Source of the DNA: Candidatus Heimdallarchaeum endolithica
Lineage (GTDB): Archaea > Asgardarchaeota > Heimdallarchaeia > Heimdallarchaeales > Heimdallarchaeaceae
Direction of reading: 5' to 3'
NCBI GenBank assembly: GCA_021513715.1
Contig: CP084167.1
Coordinates: 1,280,001-1,344,000, forward strand
DNA: 64,000 nucleotides
Every line of letters begins with the position of its first letter. The first letter of the stretch is position 1. Position numbers and translations under genes: made by a program. Shown here piece after piece: positions 20,215-30,346 of this stretch. Under the pieces are notes generated by a model. That model ran no database searches. It saw nothing but the letters and a program-made list of their open reading frames with translations, and was not told the DNA's origin.

Positions 20215-22062
20215 ATGAAAATACAAACAGAGAATGACATTAGAGGAGAATTTTATAACCCAATAATGGATAAATTCAACAAAAAAACTCATTTCAAATG
20301 GATATTAAGTCACCTTTTCGCTCACAAGAAGTTAGTTTTTTCATTTTTACTCTTTTCTACCATGAGCGCTCTAATCGCTGCTATTATTCCTGTATTAACG
20401 GGGAATGTTGTTAATGCGATATTGGAGAAAGAGAATTGGGAAATTATTAAAAAAACAGCCTTAATTATTTTATTTCTAACCATCATTAGTGGAATTGTAA
20501 GATTTTTTTCAGGATTAATTATTGAAATCGTTAGCCAAAGGTTGGAAAAAGATATTAGAGATGAGTATTATGCTTCAATGCTTTCCAAATCTATGACTTT
20601 TCATGATGAAGTAAAAGCTGGAGATGTTATGGCAAGAGCTACTTTTGATACAAGGATGGTAAACTTTATTGCTAACCCGATACTTAGTTTGCTTTATTCT
20701 GCTTTAGTAAACACATCATTTTCAATAGTTACAATGATTGTTATTAGCCCATATTGGAACTATATGCCAGTTCTTCTTCTTATTCCTTTAGTAATTGCTT
20801 TCCCAATTTATATTACAGCAAAAAGGTACTTTAAAAAAGTAGGACCTATTTCTATGGAAATACAGGAATCATTTTCTAATTTATCTTCATATTTACAAGA
20901 GAAATTGTTAGGGATAATTGTTGTAAAATCTTTTGCTAAGGAAAATTATGAACGAGAGGCATTTAATCAAAAAAACAATTTACTCTCCGATCAAATAATT
21001 ATAAGAGGTAAATTACGTTCTAAATATTATCCTGCTTTAATTATAGGGATAGGAGTCGGATTATCTATAATATGGGGTTCCTTGCTCATTCAATGGGGAT
21101 TATTTAATATTGGAGAACTCATCACTTACTCCCTTCTAGTAGGCAACCTTACTTTTCCAATATGGGTTTTAAGTTGGACACTTGTTTTTATACAAATGAG
21201 TTTTGCAGGAGCAGATAGAATTGTTTCTATTCTCAACAAAGAAACAATTGTTCCTGAATCTCCAGATGCTATTGATTTAGAAATTAAAGGAGATGTAGAA
21301 TTCAAAAATGTTAGTTTTTCCTATGATAACGAAGTAAAAGTTCTGAAAGATATCTCGTTCAAAATTCCTGCAGGAAAAAGATGTGCAATAGTTGGCCCTG
21401 CAGGTTGTGGTAAAACCACAATAATGAAATTACTGACACGACTCTACGATGTTAGTGAAGGAGAAATCTTAATTGACGGTATAAATATTAAGGATTTATC
21501 TTTCAAAACACTAAGAAAAAATATCGGTGTAATTGAACAAGATATTGTATTATTTTCAGCGAGTATTCGAGAAAATATTTCCTATGGAAAACCAGAAGCA
21601 ACAGAGGAAGAGATTATTGAAGCAGCAAAAATGGCTCAAGCACACGAATTCATTATGAAGTTTGATAAACAATATGACACTATTATCGGAGAAAGAGGAA
21701 CTACATTAAGTGGGGGGCAAAAACAGAGAATTGCTATTGCTCGTATGTTATTGTCTAATCCTCAAATTTTAGTTTTTGATGATGCAAGCTCTGCTGTAGA
21801 TTCAGAAACAGAGGATCAAATCAACAGAGCTATTAACAGAGTTCTTGCAAATAGAACTAGTTTTACCATTACTCATAGATTATCAGTTATACGTAACTCT
21901 GATATTATAATAGTTTTGAAAAACGGTGAAATAAAAGCTATAGGCTCTCACGAGCAGTTGTTAAAAAGTTCTGTTGATTATTGGAGAGTTTTTGCACGAT
22001 TTTCTGAAATAAGGAAGATGATGCCCAAGGCAATGCAACATGAACATAAATTAGGTGATTAA
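20215..22062 (+). CDS. ABC exporter, fused TMD-NBD (heterodimer subunit A)
   Basis: TM domain + GPAGCGKT, LSGGQKQR, degenerate Walker B FDD. Confidence 0.93.
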   Translation: MKIQTENDIRGEFYNPIMDKFNKKTHFKWILSHLFAHKKLVFSFLLFSTMSALIAAIIPVLTGNVVNAILEKENWEIIKKTALIILFLTIISGIVRFFSGLIIEIVSQRLEKDIRDEYYASMLSKSMTFHDEVKAGDVMARATFDTRMVNFIANPILSLLYSALVNTSFSIVTMIVISPYWNYMPVLLLIPLVIAFPIYITAKRYFKKVGPISMEIQESFSNLSSYLQEKLLGIIVVKSFAKENYEREAFNQKNNLLSDQIIIRGKLRSKYYPALIIGIGVGLSIIWGSLLIQWGLFNIGELITYSLLVGNLTFPIWVLSWTLVFIQMSFAGADRIVSILNKETIVPESPDAIDLEIKGDVEFKNVSFSYDNEVKVLKDISFKIPAGKRCAIVGPAGCGKTTIMKLLTRLYDVSEGEILIDGINIKDLSFKTLRKNIGVIEQDIVLFSASIRENISYGKPEATEEEIIEAAKMAQAHEFIMKFDKQYDTIIGERGTTLSGGQKQRIAIARMLLSNPQILVFDDASSAVDSETEDQINRAINRVLANRTSFTITHRLSVIRNSDIIIVLKNGEIKAIGSHEQLLKSSVDYWRVFARFSEIRKMMPKAMQHEHKLGD

Positions 22063-23881
22063 AATGGGTTTTATCCGTGAATTACCAGATGAAAAATATG
22101 ATAGAAAATATGGGGATTTTTATCTCTTTAAACGCCTTTTTGGATATATTGGAAAACATAGACCAAAGACCTTTTTCATAATTATTTTTTGGTTAATTAT
22201 TCAAACATCCACTAACATTGCAATTCCTTATTTTGTAAAATTTGTTATTCAAGGAGCCCAAAATGAAATTTTTGATTTTCTTTTCTATGTTAAAGCTAGT
22301 CTAGTTGTTGTTTTTTATTCAATTTCATGGTTTGCTCAATTTAGAGCAATGTATCATTCTTCAATTTTAACAGGAGAAATGATTAGAAAGATAAGATACG
22401 ATTGTTTTGAAACTCTATTACACAATGATATGAAATTCTATGATGAACATAAAAGTGGAAAACTTGTGAGTAGAGTTACCTCAGACACAGATAATGTTAG
22501 TCAAATGGCCCAAATAACTACTTCATTCCTTATTAATATTCTCGTTATGATCGTAGTTATTGTTTTGTTATTCATCACAAATATCCAATTATCACTTATT
22601 ACCCTCGGGATTGTACCATTCTTAATTATACTAGCTCTTGGGATAAGATCCTTTTCTAGAAAAACATCAAAAAACTGGAGAAAAACCATTGCAATACTTA
22701 ACGCTAACGTCGCTGAATCAATATCAGGAATTGAAGTTACAAAAAGCTTCAACCAAGAAAAAGAAGCTTTTGAACGATTTAAAGAGATTAATAGAAATAA
22801 TTATCGCGCTGCGATTACGAGAGCTTGGGGAATGAGTATCTTTTTTCCAGTAATTGAATCTTTATTTGGTGTTGGTTCCTTTCTTGTGCTGTTTTTTGGA
22901 GGCAAATTAGCCCTAGAGATTGGAAGTATTGATGTTGCAACCTTATATTTCTTTATACTTATGTTAAATAGATTTTTCTTGCCTTTACTTGAAATAACAA
23001 GGTTCTATAACCAATTTGAAGCAGGGCTAGCTGCTGTAGAGCGCATTTTCAGTCTAATGGATAGTAAACCAGAAGTTGTTGAAGACCCTCATCCTGTTTC
23101 TGTTCCAGAGTTTAAAGGAGAAATTCAATTCAAGAACATGTCTTTTTATTATAACCCTCAAGAACCTCTATACGAGAATTTTAATTTAAAGATAGTTCCA
23201 GGAGAGATGATTGCTTTTGTAGGAAAAACAGGAGCAGGAAAAAGTACATTAGTTTCTCTTATAGCCAGATTTTATGATGTAAAGGAAGGAGCTATTCTAG
23301 TAGACGGTGTAGATATTCGCAAATACAAATTACATGATTATAGAAGTAAAATTGGAATTGTACTTCAAGATAATATTTTGTTTAGTGGGACAGTTGAAGA
23401 CAATATTAAATATAGCCGACCAGAAGCTACAAGAGAAGAAGTAATAAAAGCAGCAAAAAATGTTTATGCTTGGGAGTTTATTCAAACACTTCCTAAAGGA
23501 TTAGATACACTTGTGGGAGAGCGAGGTACTAAATTAAGTGCAGGACAAAAACAACTTATTGCTTTTGCTCGAGCATTATTAGCCAATCCTAGAATTTTAA
23601 TTCTAGATGAAGCTACTGCTGCGATAGATGCTTATACTGAATCTCTAATACAAGAAGCATTAAAGGTTCTATTAAAAGGAAGAACAGCAATAGTTATTGC
23701 TCACCGTTTAACTACTGTAGAAACTGCAGATAGAATTATAGTAATTGAAGATGCCAAAATTGTTGAAGAAGGTAACCATGAAGAACTAATGAAAAAAAGA
23801 GGAGTTTATTGGAGACTTTACGATATATACTTTAGACATCAAAGCCTAGAATATATAGAAAAATCCTCTAAACTTGTTTAA
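22055..23881 (+). CDS. ABC exporter, fused TMD-NBD (heterodimer subunit B)
   Basis: GKTGAGKS, LSAGQKQ, ILDEAT, IAHRL; overlaps partner gene. Confidence 0.93.
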   Translation: MIKMGFIRELPDEKYDRKYGDFYLFKRLFGYIGKHRPKTFFIIIFWLIIQTSTNIAIPYFVKFVIQGAQNEIFDFLFYVKASLVVVFYSISWFAQFRAMYHSSILTGEMIRKIRYDCFETLLHNDMKFYDEHKSGKLVSRVTSDTDNVSQMAQITTSFLINILVMIVVIVLLFITNIQLSLITLGIVPFLIILALGIRSFSRKTSKNWRKTIAILNANVAESISGIEVTKSFNQEKEAFERFKEINRNNYRAAITRAWGMSIFFPVIESLFGVGSFLVLFFGGKLALEIGSIDVATLYFFILMLNRFFLPLLEITRFYNQFEAGLAAVERIFSLMDSKPEVVEDPHPVSVPEFKGEIQFKNMSFYYNPQEPLYENFNLKIVPGEMIAFVGKTGAGKSTLVSLIARFYDVKEGAILVDGVDIRKYKLHDYRSKIGIVLQDNILFSGTVEDNIKYSRPEATREEVIKAAKNVYAWEFIQTLPKGLDTLVGERGTKLSAGQKQLIAFARALLANPRILILDEATAAIDAYTESLIQEALKVLLKGRTAIVIAHRLTTVETADRIIVIEDAKIVEEGNHEELMKKRGVYWRLYDIYFRHQSLEYIEKSSKLV

Positions 23882-24033
23882 ATTCTTTTTTATTCTTAAC
23901 CTAGATGCCCCCTAAGTAAGAAAATTTTCTTTAACAAGATTAAAAAAATAAATATAGGAGTTTTAATACACTTCTATTATCTGTTCGTACTTTGATTAAT
24001 TTTATAAAAAATAATTACAATTATATTTTAGTA

Positions 24034-25173
24034 ATGCACTTAGATCAACCAATTATTCTAGATAGCGGGAGTTCATCTACAAAAGTGGGTTTTAAAAGTG
24101 ATTCTATACCTGTAGATGTCTTTCAAACAGTGATAGGTTACACAGAAGATCTAAGTTCATTAAGACATTCTGATCTTCTCATATATGATTTAGAGTATTA
24201 TATTGGAGAGAGAGCATTGAGTTCAAAAAGAGTAAAAAAATTACTCTACCCAGTTTGGAATCTAGTTATAGATTGGGAAAGTATTGAAAAACTGTGGCAT
24301 TACGCTTTCTTTGACAGATTGCATGTTAATCCAAACTACAACCCAATAATGGTGGTAGAATCATTTTATAGTACTAGAGGACAACAAGAAAAAATAGCTG
24401 AAATTATGTTTGAAGTTTTTTGCGTACCACAGTTGTTATTAAGCAAAAGCCCACTTTTATGCCTATATGCAGCAGGAAAAACAACAGGAGTTATAGTAGA
24501 ATCAAGTGCTTCAATAACTATAGTCGTTCCCATTTATAAAGGAACAATTATTCGCCATGCAATAACTTATTCAAGTATAGGAGGATATTCCATTACTAAA
24601 TATTTACAAAAAATGCTTGGAAATAAATATGCACAGTTAAAACGCCAAAAATTCTCACATCTTATCGATGAACTAAAGAAAAAGCATTGTTATGTTTCTC
24701 TAAATGCAGAAAGAGAAAAGAAGGTTTTTATGAAAACGAAGAAATTTAACAAAGAATTTATTTTGCCTAGTGGTGATATTGGCATAATGGAAGAAGAAAG
24801 ATTTCGAGCTCCTGAACTATTATTTGACCCTTTACTCAATGGACATAATGATGAGCCAATTCAAAATTTAATATTAGAATCAATAAAAAAATGTGATTTA
24901 ACTATACGAAAGGAACTATTAGACAACCTCATTCTTTGTGGAGGAAATACTCTTCTTCATGGTTTTAGGGAAAGATTAGACAAAGAATTAAATCTCCTAT
25001 TTGAAGAAAAATTAGGATTCAAGATTAAATCTTTTGAAAATCGAGAATTCTTTCCTTGGATTGGTGGCAGGATTCTGTGTGAGTATGCTGAAAAAACAGA
25101 TTTATGGCTATCCAGAAAAAAATACTTAGAAACAGGAATAGATTCAGCTCCTTTTCTTAGTTACTTTCTTTAG
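24034..25173 (+). CDS. Divergent actin-family (actin-related) protein
   Basis: IILDSGSSSTKVGF, YYIGERA, DWESIEKLWHY, IAEIMFEVF, LYAAGKTTG, ERFRAPELLF, CDLTIRKELLDNLILCGG, WIGG; likely start ATG 24034 rather than TTG 23992. Confidence 0.92.
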   Translation: MHLDQPIILDSGSSSTKVGFKSDSIPVDVFQTVIGYTEDLSSLRHSDLLIYDLEYYIGERALSSKRVKKLLYPVWNLVIDWESIEKLWHYAFFDRLHVNPNYNPIMVVESFYSTRGQQEKIAEIMFEVFCVPQLLLSKSPLLCLYAAGKTTGVIVESSASITIVVPIYKGTIIRHAITYSSIGGYSITKYLQKMLGNKYAQLKRQKFSHLIDELKKKHCYVSLNAEREKKVFMKTKKFNKEFILPSGDIGIMEEERFRAPELLFDPLLNGHNDEPIQNLILESIKKCDLTIRKELLDNLILCGGNTLLHGFRERLDKELNLLFEEKLGFKIKSFENREFFPWIGGRILCEYAEKTDLWLSRKKYLETGIDSAPFLSYFL

Positions 25174-25269
25174 TTAAGTACAAAAACATATTCTATATCC
25201 TAAAAAATTACAATTGCAATATTACAATATTTTAAATAGAAAAATTGAGTAATATTATTTGAATTAATT

Positions 25270-25545
25270 ATGGGTTTAACTTTGGAAAGGTCGTCATTAC
25301 GTCACAGAAAAAGCAATTTAATTAATAATGTAAAAGAGCAATTTGCTAATTTTAATATTATTCTTCAATTTCTTGACTCTAACGACTATTTAAACAGAAG
25401 AATCGGTTTTGCACTCTGCATTCCAAAATATGATAAATTTTCAGATGATTTTAAATTAATCATTAAAAGAAAATGGGCAACTGAAACTCTCAGGAATAAG
25501 ATGGGTGAGAGTTTTACTCAACTTTGTAATAGAATATTTGCTTAA
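25270..25545 (+). CDS. Small hypothetical protein
   Basis: 91-aa ORF in an intergenic gap, helical composition. Confidence 0.5.
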   Translation: MGLTLERSSLRHRKSNLINNVKEQFANFNIILQFLDSNDYLNRRIGFALCIPKYDKFSDDFKLIIKRKWATETLRNKMGESFTQLCNRIFA

Positions 25546-25550
25546 TCTAA

Positions 25551-25660
25551 TAGTACTTCCGCAATAAGTTGACCGATTTCTATAGGTTAAAATTATAGAC
25601 GTTCATACTATCATTGGCGTGTTCTCAATTCATACTTTTTGAGATAATTCGGAAGTACTA
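25551..25660. mobile_element. 110-bp MITE (copy 1)
   Basis: Perfect 11-bp terminal IR tagtacttccg/cggaagtacta; flanking direct repeat atctaa (25545-25550, 25661-25666); second copy at 63966. Confidence 0.85.
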
Positions 25661-25704
25661 ATCTAATAAAAAAAACTTAAAAATCAAAGAGAATATTTTT
25701 TCAT

Positions 25705-25887
25705 GTGGATTTTATGTCGATAAAAAGACCAGATGCATACATTTGTATAGATTGTAATCATCGCTTTAATGATGAAGATAAAATAATGGAAAAAGTTCAA
25801 ATTGACGGCATTTTTACTTTAAAAGTAGTTTGTCCTAAATGTCATTCACCAAACATAAAAACAACTATTTCTGGAAAGACAGAATAG
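25705..25887 (+). CDS. Small zinc-ribbon protein
   Basis: CIDCNHRF ... CPKCHS. Confidence 0.7.
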   Translation: MDFMSIKRPDAYICIDCNHRFNDEDKIMEKVQIDGIFTLKVVCPKCHSPNIKTTISGKTE

Positions 25888-25959
25888 AAAAAAAAAGTAA
25901 TACCCCTATATAACCAAGATGATATTTCATTTTTTTAATTATTTAAAGACATTTCACAT

Positions 25960-26133
25960 ATGAAATCTTTGGTAAGTAATGTAGAGATAGACAGTTTAAT
26001 ACTAAGAATGGATGAGGATCTACAGAAATTAGAAAGAGAATTAGAGAGAATAATTAAACAATATCCAAGATATATTGATTCTTCAGCTGAAAAATTATCT
26101 TCTGCTTTAGACAAGTATTATCAAGCTCACTAA
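25960..26133 (+). CDS. Small helical protein (57 aa), not in the supplied ORF track
   Basis: ATG 25960 to TAA 26133: MKSLVSNVEIDSLILRMDEDLQKLERELERIIKQYPRYIDSSAEKLSSALDKYYQAH; host-like codon use, tttaaa box upstream. Confidence 0.6.
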   Translation: MKSLVSNVEIDSLILRMDEDLQKLERELERIIKQYPRYIDSSAEKLSSALDKYYQAH

Positions 26134-26229
26134 ATATTAAATTATTGTTATCTATTAGCTCTTTATTCTCTATTTATTTATAAATTTCCGCAACAAATTT
26201 ATAGAGAATCAAATGTCACTGTACTTACC

Positions 26230-27198
26230 TTGAAAGCTTTAAAAATAATAATTCCATCTGAAAAAGCAGACATTGTTAGAGAGTTACTAACCAATCTTAA
26301 AATTCAATTTTCATCCATAAAAATGGAGAATGAAACACAGATTGAGTTAATTGTTAACCAAGACCAGACTAGCATTTTACTTGAAGAATTAAAAGGAATC
26401 GGTGTAGGAACTGTTTTCGGTCAGATACAGATATTTCCAGTATCCTTATCAGTAGAAAGTAAAGTTTCAAAATTTGTTCAAAAAGGCAAAAGTATTAGCA
26501 TTGATGAGATGATAAGTAACACAAAAGGACTTGGGATTTTAAGTACTCATTTTGTTTTATTGTGCATTTTTGCAGGGTTATTAGCTGCTTTTGGTTTATT
26601 ATTTGATAATGTAATCATTATTATTGCCAGTATGATTATTGCACCTTTGCTTGGACCTATAGCTTTAGCTGTTATTGGGACTTTACTTCCTAAAAATGTT
26701 TACTCTAAAAAGGCATTTCTTGCAGAGTTCATTGGTTTAACAACTTGTTTAGTTATTGGATTGTTAGTGGGATTAATAATACCTCTAGAAAATTTAACAA
26801 ATCAAATCACTATTAGAACATCACCAGGAATCCCTGATATCGTCTTTGCAATAGTTAGCGGTTTAGCAGCAGGAATATTCATTATAAGAGGAGAATCTAC
26901 TAACATTGTAGGAGTTGCAGTAGCTGCATCCTTATGTCCTCCTGCTACTAATGTAGGAGTTTTATTAGCGAAACAAGAATGGTGGATGGCTCTTGGATCT
27001 TTTGTTCTCTTGATTCTAAACGTTTTTTCTATTTATGCAGCTTGTGCTCTTATTTTTTGGATTACTCAATCATTTGTTAGAGGAGGTTCAATCTCAGAAA
27101 GACAATTCAAAAAAATCACTCAAAAATACTATATTCGAATCTTAGCTGCAATCTTTCTTCTAATATTGATTATTGTAATAATCATATTATTCTATTAA
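26230..27198 (+). CDS. DUF389/TIGR00341 family membrane protein
   Basis: IIIASMIIAPLLGP, GVAVAASLCPP. Confidence 0.88.
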   Translation: MKALKIIIPSEKADIVRELLTNLKIQFSSIKMENETQIELIVNQDQTSILLEELKGIGVGTVFGQIQIFPVSLSVESKVSKFVQKGKSISIDEMISNTKGLGILSTHFVLLCIFAGLLAAFGLLFDNVIIIIASMIIAPLLGPIALAVIGTLLPKNVYSKKAFLAEFIGLTTCLVIGLLVGLIIPLENLTNQITIRTSPGIPDIVFAIVSGLAAGIFIIRGESTNIVGVAVAASLCPPATNVGVLLAKQEWWMALGSFVLLILNVFSIYAACALIFWITQSFVRGGSISERQFKKITQKYYIRILAAIFLLILIIVIIILFY

Positions 27199-27208
27199 AA
27201 AAGTGAGG

Positions 27209-30200
27209 TTAACCCTCTAGATATTTTTTAGCTTTATTTATAGCATTAAGAGCTGTTTTTTCGCCTACACCTTTTATTTTTACTAAATCTCCAATTTCTG
27301 CATGTGCTATTTTTTCTAATGAGTTATATCCTGCATTTATAATAGGTTGCACCCTTTTACCAAGGATGGTTATAATACTGGAAACTTCGTTATTTTCTTT
27401 TTTAGGTTGAGTAGGAACTTGTGTAATTTGTTGAGGGGCAGATTCAGTAGAAGGTTGAACTACATGTTCAGTAGAAGGTTGAACTACATGTTCAGTAGAA
27501 GGTTGAACTACATGTTCAGTAGAAGGTTGAACTACATGTTCAGTAGAAGGTTCATCAGGAGATGGTGTAGATGGTTGAACAGAAGGTTTAGCGAACTCTA
27601 TTACTTTTTCTTGTGTAGTTGTCTGTGATTCTGCTATCTTTTCTTTTACAGAAACAGCTTCAATTTCTTGTTCTGCATCAACAACTTGAACTTCTGGTTT
27701 AATTATTGGTGTCTCTACAGCTGTTTTCTGTTTTACTTCTTCCAATGTATCTTGTTTTTCTTGAACGATATACAATCTTTCATTAACAAGTTCTAGTTTA
27801 GCTTTAATTTCACCTTTCATTATCATTTCATATATTAATTTCTCAGCTTTTTCAGTAGTTAATCCTGATTGTTCAGCGAAAATATCTAGGGATATAGATC
27901 CTACTTTGGAAAGGCTACGCTTATATGATTCTTTTATTAACAAAGACTGTACCTCTTTAGGTAACTTCAGACCATGCAAAGCGTTTTTTAACTGTTCAAT
28001 ATTTGTTTCTTGATATGCTTTCATTATATCAAAAACTATATGTTGAAAACCTTGAGTAAAACTTCCACTTTTTATTATAGATGTAAATAAATCAAAATCT
28101 TCCTCTTTAAAGATTTGAACGAGTTCTAGCCCTATAATATGTGCATCTAGCATTGATATCATGGAAACAAGTCTTCTTAATTTCATTTGATTTTTTTCTT
28201 CTTTCTTTAATTCTTCATACAAAATGCTCAAGAGAGTATTACTGATTGCTTTTCTAGTTTTCTCGCTACAAGGAAAGAAATCTCTAACTATTAGCCTCAG
28301 TTTTTCTTCTATATAAAAATCATCAAATTCAATGTACTTCAAAATAAATTCTTTTACTACTTCTTCTCCAACAGGATAGGATTTTCCTATTATAAGAGAA
28401 GCTTTTTCTGATAACTCAATAAAACTTTCATACTCTGCGGAGAATATTGTTTCTTCAAGGAGCTCCTTAAATTTCTCAATATAATATGCTGGCTTGTGAG
28501 CTGCTAAATATGTTATTATATTAGTCAGCTTTGATTCTGTACTAAATTCCATGGATATAGTTAATCTCTCCATTAGTATTTTGTATATTTTATCAACTAG
28601 CATTTCATTGTTTTGAAGCGACAATAAATCAGAGAAAGCTATTTCTACCCCGATATCGTTGGACAAGATTGCTCTATCAATATATGCATTTATAATACTT
28701 TCATCAGCTTCAAGTGAATTAATGTCTTGAAGTTCTGCTTTTTCGATTTCATCAATACCAGGAAGAAAGAATTCTACTCTTTTTTCTTCTTGTTTAACAA
28801 CAGGAATCTCTTCTGGAAATCTTACAAGTTCAGAAGCTGATTTCTCCTTTTTCTCTACAGTTTCTTCACTTCCATCTACTTCCATTTCAAACTGATTAAC
28901 TATATTATCATTAATATCGATAAAATCAACTATTTCAGACAAATCTTCTTTTAGTTCATCCCTCATATCAAAAGAATTACTAGAAACAGCAGTGCTTTTC
29001 ACGCTTTTCTCTTCTTTTCCTTTTTCAGAAATAATAGATTGTTCTTCAATACTTACTTCAGCTTCTTTAATATCGGTACTTTCTCCAATTTCTTTTTCTT
29101 TTTCTTCTTCAGTTTCAGTTTCTATAACTTCTTTATCTTCCTTATCTTGAATAACTGTATCTGTAAAACGGGAACTTAACAAGTTAACTATTTTATCTCC
29201 AAAACCTTCCTTTATTTCAACAGGTTCCATGTAGACTGATTCTGGTTCTATTTCTATTGAACGTAAAATTAGCTCTAAAAACTCATGTGATTGCATTCTT
29301 TCTGAACTTAAATTATCTACTAAAACTGTTATTCCTGCTTCTCTCAATTTTGCTACTTGGGAACTATCTTTTTTATCTATTATTATTGTATCAACGACAT
29401 TCCCAATTAAGTTAACAAAATTAACAAGAGTGGGTTCGAAATTACTCTTTTTCAAAATCGCTTTTTCAAGTTCTAAATTGTTGTTTTCTTCGATAAAAGG
29501 GGATATAATAGCAATCTCACCAGAAGTTTTCTTCAAAGTCTCTCTAAAAGATGAGGATTGAAAAACCAAAAAAAGTGAAATTAAGTCACTAGGCACAATA
29601 ATGATTCCAGGGGCTTGCTCAATTTTCTTTGAAACGATAGGATTGATCTTTAATTTGTTTATTTCATCAATGTCTATAATTCCTGTAATATTGTTAATTA
29701 TTTCTTCATTTATTTTTCCATTTTTTTTCTCTTCCTGTTGTTTGCTATATTTAAGTAATAACTGCCTAACAGGAATCTCAATGTCTCCCTCTTTTACATG
29801 AATCTGCCTAATTTCGTCAAAAAGAGGATAAATAAACTCTTTTTCAAAAATTATTTTTGAAATATTTTTCCAAACTTCAGTTAGGTTTTTAGTTTGCTGA
29901 TTAACATTTGTTGCATATTTTGAGAAAAGATAATTGAGAGTACTTAAGTGAAGAGGGTTATAAAATTCAAAGAATTGGCCTAAAGTTTCAAAAACATTTA
30001 CTGACTCCATGCTTCTTTTTGCTTTTTGAGTAATTATATTGATAAATTCTAGGTGGTAATCAAGAATTTTCGATGGATCAGCATGGTAAATAGAAAAATC
30101 ACAAACTGTATTAGTTATATATGTTACAGCTATATTATCCCTTTCGATCATAGCAGACAAAAAAGGGTGCAATTTTGAACCGATACTTATTACAACTACT

Positions 30201-30217
30201 TCTTGATTCGAAGACAT
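27209..30217 (-). CDS. Multidomain protein: degenerate CofD/UPF0052-like N-domain, acidic linker, helical region, PCI-like winged helix, P/S/T repeat, C-terminal HhH
   Basis: IIIVPSD...RETLKK..IAIISPF (CofD-like); ISLDIFAEQSGLTTEKAEKLIYEMIMKGEIKAKL (PCI-like); AGYNSLEKIA...IKGVGEKTA (HhH). Confidence 0.65.
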   Translation of the reverse strand: MSSNQEVVVISIGSKLHPFLSAMIERDNIAVTYITNTVCDFSIYHADPSKILDYHLEFINIITQKAKRSMESVNVFETLGQFFEFYNPLHLSTLNYLFSKYATNVNQQTKNLTEVWKNISKIIFEKEFIYPLFDEIRQIHVKEGDIEIPVRQLLLKYSKQQEEKKNGKINEEIINNITGIIDIDEINKLKINPIVSKKIEQAPGIIIVPSDLISLFLVFQSSSFRETLKKTSGEIAIISPFIEENNNLELEKAILKKSNFEPTLVNFVNLIGNVVDTIIIDKKDSSQVAKLREAGITVLVDNLSSERMQSHEFLELILRSIEIEPESVYMEPVEIKEGFGDKIVNLLSSRFTDTVIQDKEDKEVIETETEEEKEKEIGESTDIKEAEVSIEEQSIISEKGKEEKSVKSTAVSSNSFDMRDELKEDLSEIVDFIDINDNIVNQFEMEVDGSEETVEKKEKSASELVRFPEEIPVVKQEEKRVEFFLPGIDEIEKAELQDINSLEADESIINAYIDRAILSNDIGVEIAFSDLLSLQNNEMLVDKIYKILMERLTISMEFSTESKLTNIITYLAAHKPAYYIEKFKELLEETIFSAEYESFIELSEKASLIIGKSYPVGEEVVKEFILKYIEFDDFYIEEKLRLIVRDFFPCSEKTRKAISNTLLSILYEELKKEEKNQMKLRRLVSMISMLDAHIIGLELVQIFKEEDFDLFTSIIKSGSFTQGFQHIVFDIMKAYQETNIEQLKNALHGLKLPKEVQSLLIKESYKRSLSKVGSISLDIFAEQSGLTTEKAEKLIYEMIMKGEIKAKLELVNERLYIVQEKQDTLEEVKQKTAVETPIIKPEVQVVDAEQEIEAVSVKEKIAESQTTTQEKVIEFAKPSVQPSTPSPDEPSTEHVVQPSTEHVVQPSTEHVVQPSTEHVVQPSTESAPQQITQVPTQPKKENNEVSSIITILGKRVQPIINAGYNSLEKIAHAEIGDLVKIKGVGEKTALNAINKAKKYLEG
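27443..27552. repeat. Intragenic perfect 24-bp tandem repeat, ~4.6 copies (encodes PSTEHVVQ)
   Basis: ttcagtagaaggttgaactacatg x4 plus 14-bp partial copy. Confidence 0.97.
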
Positions 30218-30346
30218 TCACAAACCTCAATAAAGAACATACACTTTTTTATTATCCCACAAAGATATAAGCCAGTAGTGCTATTAAATTTTTGCATAAA
30301 TAATTTTAAAATTTAATGTCAATTTTGGAGAAATTTCCTACTTTAG

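Noticed and set aside
27443-27552. Direct repeats as a possible CRISPR array
   Set aside because: The units are contiguous with no spacers and lie in frame inside a CDS; no cas genes in the window
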